Assembly (NCBI GenBank): GCA_043228905.1
Contig: JBHGNT010000003.1
Location: 12,772,001-12,836,000 of the forward strand
Source of the DNA: Azolla caroliniana
Lineage: Eukaryota > Plantae > Polypodiophyta
DNA: 64,000 nt
Reading direction: 5' to 3'
The position numbers were made by a program, and so were the translations under genes. Numbering within the stretch: position 1 is the first letter of the stretch; each line of letters starts with the position of its first letter. Of this stretch, positions 59,180-64,000 are shown piece after piece. Below the pieces are notes generated by a model, which ran no database searches, was not told the DNA's origin, and was given only the letters and a program-made list of their open reading frames with translations.

Positions 59180-62100
59180 GTCCGGCCAAAATAGGAGCCA
59201 TTTGGTTGGACAACCCTAGATATGTACAACCTAGTGTGGGTTCCATTTCCTCCAAGCATGTTAGTAGAGTCTTCTCAGCCCTAGTACAAGTTAGGACACC
59301 CAGTTGTCAACTTCAAGTCCAAGCCCTCTTAGATACTGGAGCCAATTCTTGTTTCATGGATAGAGATTTTGCCCAAAAACACCAAATATCCTTGCATACA
59401 CTTCCTTGTCCAGTTTCCGTAGTAGTGATTGATGGACGCCCCATAACTTCCGGGAAGATATTTGAAGAGTCTGAGCCAATACACATACTCTTGGGTGATT
59501 TAGGATGTGTAGTTTCCTTTAACATAATCCGTAGTCCTGAGCATCCAATTGTCCTCGGTTTGCCATGGTTCGAGCTACATAACCCTAGAATCGATTGGAG
59601 GAAGCGAGAAATTAGGTGCCCTTTAGCAGAAAATATCATTGTCAAGGATCGAACTCGGGATTATCCTCCCAAAGTATATAGTTCTACCGATGCACCATAT
59701 CCTTCTCATCAAATTTCAGCCATCACATTGCAACAATTGCACCAAGTGGGGGGCAAGGAGGACCTTTTCTTATTTGCAGTATCAGTGACACCTTCTAGTG
59801 TCACTCAAGGGAATTCAAACATCCAAATTCCCAAAAAATATCAAGATTATGCTGATGTTTTCGACAAAGTCAAAGCTAGTGTTCTTCCAAAGCATCGGCC
59901 GTACGACTATCCTATTGATCTCCAACCAGGAAAAGAGCCTCTGTGGGGTCCGATTTACAATTTATCACCCACTGAGCTTGAGGTTCTTCGAGAATACATC
60001 GAGGAAAATCTTGCACATGGGTTTATTCGACATTCAAAGTCTCCAGCTGGTGCTCCTATCTTTTTTGTGAAGAAAAAAGACGGCTCCCTTCGTTTGGTCG
60101 TGGACTATCGAGGCTTAAATAAAGTCACCATAAGGAATAGGTATGCTTTACCTTTAATCTCCAATCTCTTAGAACGCATTGGTGGGGCAAAGCATTTTAC
60201 CAAAATTGATCTAAGGGGTGCATATAATCTTGTTCGAATTCGGCCGGGAGATGAGTGGAAAACAACATTTCGTACTCGGTATGGTTATTTCGAGTATACA
60301 GTCATGCCTTTCAGGCTCACAAATGCACCTGCCGTATTCCAACATATGGCAAATGACATCTTCCGGGATTTCTTGGATATTTTTCTAATCATCTACCTAG
60401 ATGATCTATTGATTTACTCTAAAACACAGGGGGAGCATGATATACATGTGCGGCAAGTACTTGAACGCCTAAGGAAGTATGGTCTTTACGCCAAACTTGA
60501 GAAATGTAGTTTTGATTGCAAACAAGTCGAATTTTTGGGATACACTATTTCATCCCAGGGTGTTTTCATGAACCCGGCAAAAGTCCAAACAATATTGGAA
60601 TGGAAACCCCCATGCTCAGTTCGGGATGTCTAGTGTTTCCTTGGATTTGCGAACTTCTATCGCAAATTCATACATAATTATTCAAGCATTGTGTTGCCCC
60701 TTACTCAACTCACCAAGAAAAATCAAGCATTTTTTTGGAGTATCGAAGCGGACAAGGCTTTTACGCAGCTGAAAGAGGCATTCACATCAGCACCCATCCT
60801 AGCACATATTGATCCTGAAAAGCCATTTACTATTGAGGCGGATGCATCAGACTTTGCATTGGGGAGTATCCTATCGCAACCAGGCGAGGACAGGTAGATA
60901 CATCCAGTCGCGTTTCACTCGAGAAAATTTACTGTTTCGGAGATAAACTATGAGGTGCATGACAAGGAGTTACTAGCTGTGGTCGACTCATTCGAGCAAT
61001 GGCGTCATTTTCTAGAAGGATCACCTCATCAGATTATCATTTATAGTGATCACAAAAATCTCACATATTTTCAAACAGCTCGAGTATTAAATAGACGACA
61101 AGCTCGGTGGGCCCAATTTCTAACGCGTTTTGATTTCAAGATCATTTTTCGCCCCGGAAAACAACAAGGGAAAGCAGATGCTCTGTCTCGGCGTTCGTAT
61201 CTAGCACTTCGACCTGGAGATCCGGCCTTTGACAATCAAAAGCAAACTCTCCTCGGGCCATCAAAGCTACGGGTAACAACAATTTATGCCACACCACTTG
61301 ATTCTACCCTTCTTGACACTATTCGGCAACAACTTCATTCGGATGATTTTGCTAAGGATGTCTTAGCCCACTGTGGTTCAAGTCGTCCATCTTGCTCCAC
61401 ATTGCCAGGGTCATCTCAACATTATCAGGACTTCAAGTGGCAAGATGGTTTACTCTTCTACAAGAATCTCCTTTACGTCCCCAACGGATCACCCCGACTT
61501 CAAGTGTTGGAGCATTGTCATGATGCCCCCATGGCTGGACATTTTGGTATTTCCAAGATCATTGAGCTGGTGAAACGTTCATTTTGGTGGCCTCACTTGC
61601 AAAAATTTGTCGAAGATTATGTTCGCACTTGTGACACCTGCTGTCGCGCCAAAATACCCCGGCATCACCCTTATGGCTTACTACAACCATTACCCCCTCC
61701 CAACAAGTCATGGCAGTCTATTTCTATGGATTTCATTACGGATCTACCACCTTCCAAAGGCTTTGATACTATTTTAACAGTAGTGGATCGGTTCACCAAG
61801 ATGGCACATTTTGTACCATGTGTAAAGACCATCAATAGTGAAGAAACTGCAGATCTCATTATGCGTGAAGTGTTTCGCCATCATGGTCTCCCGAATGATA
61901 TTATTAGCGATCGAGGTCCTCAATTTATCTCACACTTTTGGAAGCACCTATGGGCAGGCCTCAAAATCTCTTGCAAACTCTCTTCGGCTTATCATCCACA
62001 AACTGACGGACAAACAGAGCGCACAAATCAAACGCTCAAGCAATATCTTCGATGTTTCATTAGTTATCAACAAGATGATTGGAGTAAAATTTTACATCTT

Positions 62101-62808
62101 GCCGAGTTTGCATACAACAACATGGTCCACTCTTCTACCAAAGTTACACCTTTCTTTGCCTACACCGGCAACCACCCTCGATGGTGTATACTGGATCTTC
62201 CCGAGGTGTCACGAAACCCTAGTGCGGCGCATCACCTCCACCGACTACAACAAATCCAGTTCGAGTTATCGTCACATCTTCAGAAAGCGCAAGCACACCA
62301 TAAGACCAATGCCGATCGACATCGTCTTAAGTCTCCGTTTAAGGTTGGTGACCGTGTATGGTTGCTTCGTCGTCACATCAAGACTACCCGACCGTGTGCT
62401 AAGCTTGACTATCAACGCTTAGGTCCTTTTGTCATCACGGCGCATATTAATGATGCAACATTTCGTCTTAACCTTCCTGCACATATGCGGCTTCACCCTG
62501 TCTTTCATAGCTCTCTTTTGGAACCTTGCCACACCTCTTTAATTCCTAATCGTGTCGTGCCACCACCGCCTTTTGTACAGCTTGTGGACGGCCCCGAATA
62601 CGAGGTAGCTGCTATTCTCGATTCTAAGATTGTGCGCAATAAGCTTTATTATCTAGTTGATTGGCTTGGTTATCCTCCGAGTGATTGCACTTGGGAACCC
62701 ATCGATAACGTTTGTAATGCTGAAGCTCTGGTCAACGACTTCCATCGTCACTATCCAAACAAGCCCGGCCGAACAATGTTAACGCCGACTTCCACTCGGC
62801 GTTCTTGA
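59170..62808 (+). pseudogene. pol: Pol (PR-RT-RH-IN-chromodomain), -1 frame relative to gag, two TAG stops
   Basis: LLDTGA, YLDDLL, EADAS, SMDFITDLP, YHPQTDGQTE, GPF, EYEVAAILDS..YLVDWLGY..TWEP; stops at 60631-60633 and 60895-60897. Confidence 0.93.
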
Positions 62809-62819
62809 AGGAGGGATAG

Positions 62820-63301
62820 TGTCATGAACACATAACCATTATGGCGTCACCCGGACTTGAACCTCGAACCTTGTAATTCATACTTGAAAACCTCAACCAT
62901 TAACATAGCTTATTGTTATATGAAACAATAAAAGCTATTAAGATAGCTTATTGTTATATGAAACAATAAAAGCTACTTCTTATATTACATTGATTATTGT
63001 AAAAACTCTAGATTATTCTAGAATGTTCTAGAATGTCCTAGAGCATTCTAGGTCTAGGACATTCTAGAACATTCTAGAAATCTCTAAGCTATTCTATAGG
63101 AACCTATAAATAAGCGCATACATGTATTCTCAAATCAATTCGAATCAACACCAGTCTTTAGCTCTCATTACATATCTTGTATCCATTCTCTTTCTTTCTC
63201 TATCTTATACATCCATTCTTCTCTTAGTATTTGGTTCCTTTCTTCTCGTGTTCTCTAATATCCTTCTTCCATCACTCTATCTTTTATCCTTGGTTTTGAC
63301 A
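62820..63301 (+). repeat. 3' LTR of element 10
   Basis: Matches the 5' LTR plus a ~38-bp tandem duplication of the atagcttattgttatatgaaacaataaaagcta hairpin. Confidence 0.94.
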
Positions 63302-64000
63302 GCAGCGATAAGAACGGCATCAACATTCTTTCCTCGGCAGCCAATGGGAGTTCTCTCTAAAGGGCGGCGATTATCATCTCCAATGTTGTTGTGTTGGTGA
63401 CAAAAGGCGGCATCGACGGCGGTGCTGTTTTGGAGGCGTCGTCGTCAACAACTAAGATGTTCTGTTGGCGGGAAGAGGCGACGATGGTGGCGATAGTGCT
63501 GGTTGGGAGGCAACAGAACTCAGAAATTGTGTTGTCTTGATAGCGGCAGAATTTAATGGCGGCGATAGTCCGCAACTGCGATATCCTTTTGGCGGCAGAT
63601 GTTGATGGCATCGGTGGCAGCGGCGATGTTTGGAGGGAAACAATCATCATCAACAACACTGCTGTTTGGGCGGAAAAAGGTGGCGGCGGCGTTGTTTGCA
63701 GGACGACGTACATCAACGCCAACATTATTATGAGTTCGGCGAATTGTGGCGGCATCATCTTTTAACTGTTTGGCTCCTTCTTGAGTATTATTTTTAGGGT
63801 TATGCGTTGGTGTCGTGGATTCAAGAAATGGTGACTCATCAAATTTAACAGTACAACTATAAAAGAACGTGTTCTTGGTTGGATCGAATAAACGGCAAGA
63901 CTTGTAGCCATTTGCATCTCCGTACCCAACAAAAATCGCTTTTCTTGCTCGTTGTTCTAACTTGGATTGTTTTTCAGCAAGAACAAAGGCATATGCAAGG

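Larger units (their letters stand above)
57519..63301 (+). mobile_element. Chromoviral Ty3/gypsy element 10 (Tcn1/Tf1-like)
   Basis: LTRs 57519-57962 and 62820-63301, TSD GCGGC/GCAGC, PPT GAAGGAGGGATAG, separate gag and pol frames, C-terminal chromodomain. Confidence 0.96.

Noticed and set aside
63302-64000. GC-rich flank (with 57300-57518) and 133-aa minus-strand ORF as a host gene
   Set aside because: Low-complexity ggcggc sequence with no recognisable domain or splice structure; cannot be assigned from this window.

Overview
Eukaryotic, repeat-dense plant DNA, most likely from a seed-free land plant such as a fern or lycophyte (inferred from the TE lineages). No intact host gene, rRNA, tRNA or CRISPR array is visible. 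Most of the window is LTR retrotransposons whose ends could be fixed by TG..CA termini and target-site duplications (TSDs). These are one intact young Ty1/copia (2470-7815), a copia (14703-25075) holding another copia (15344-20636), a nest up to five levels deep (26193-57240), and a chromovirus (57519-63301). The chromovirus has a Tf1-like self-priming site, heat-shock-element arrays in its LTRs and a -1 frameshift signal. The left ~26 kb backbone is less ordinary. It holds a decayed, intron-containing transposase-like gene with a WNYFxxGHxKGEHDG motif (Sola2-like from memory, needs checking). This gene faces a spliced RING-finger/acidic-repeat gene that the ORF track splits into pieces, and three unrelated satellite arrays sit in the introns and between the two 3' ends. 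Other notable points are a U3 segment shared by a Copia and a Gypsy LTR, a gag swap between otherwise similar copia elements, and a ~3 kb extra ORF in a Gypsy.
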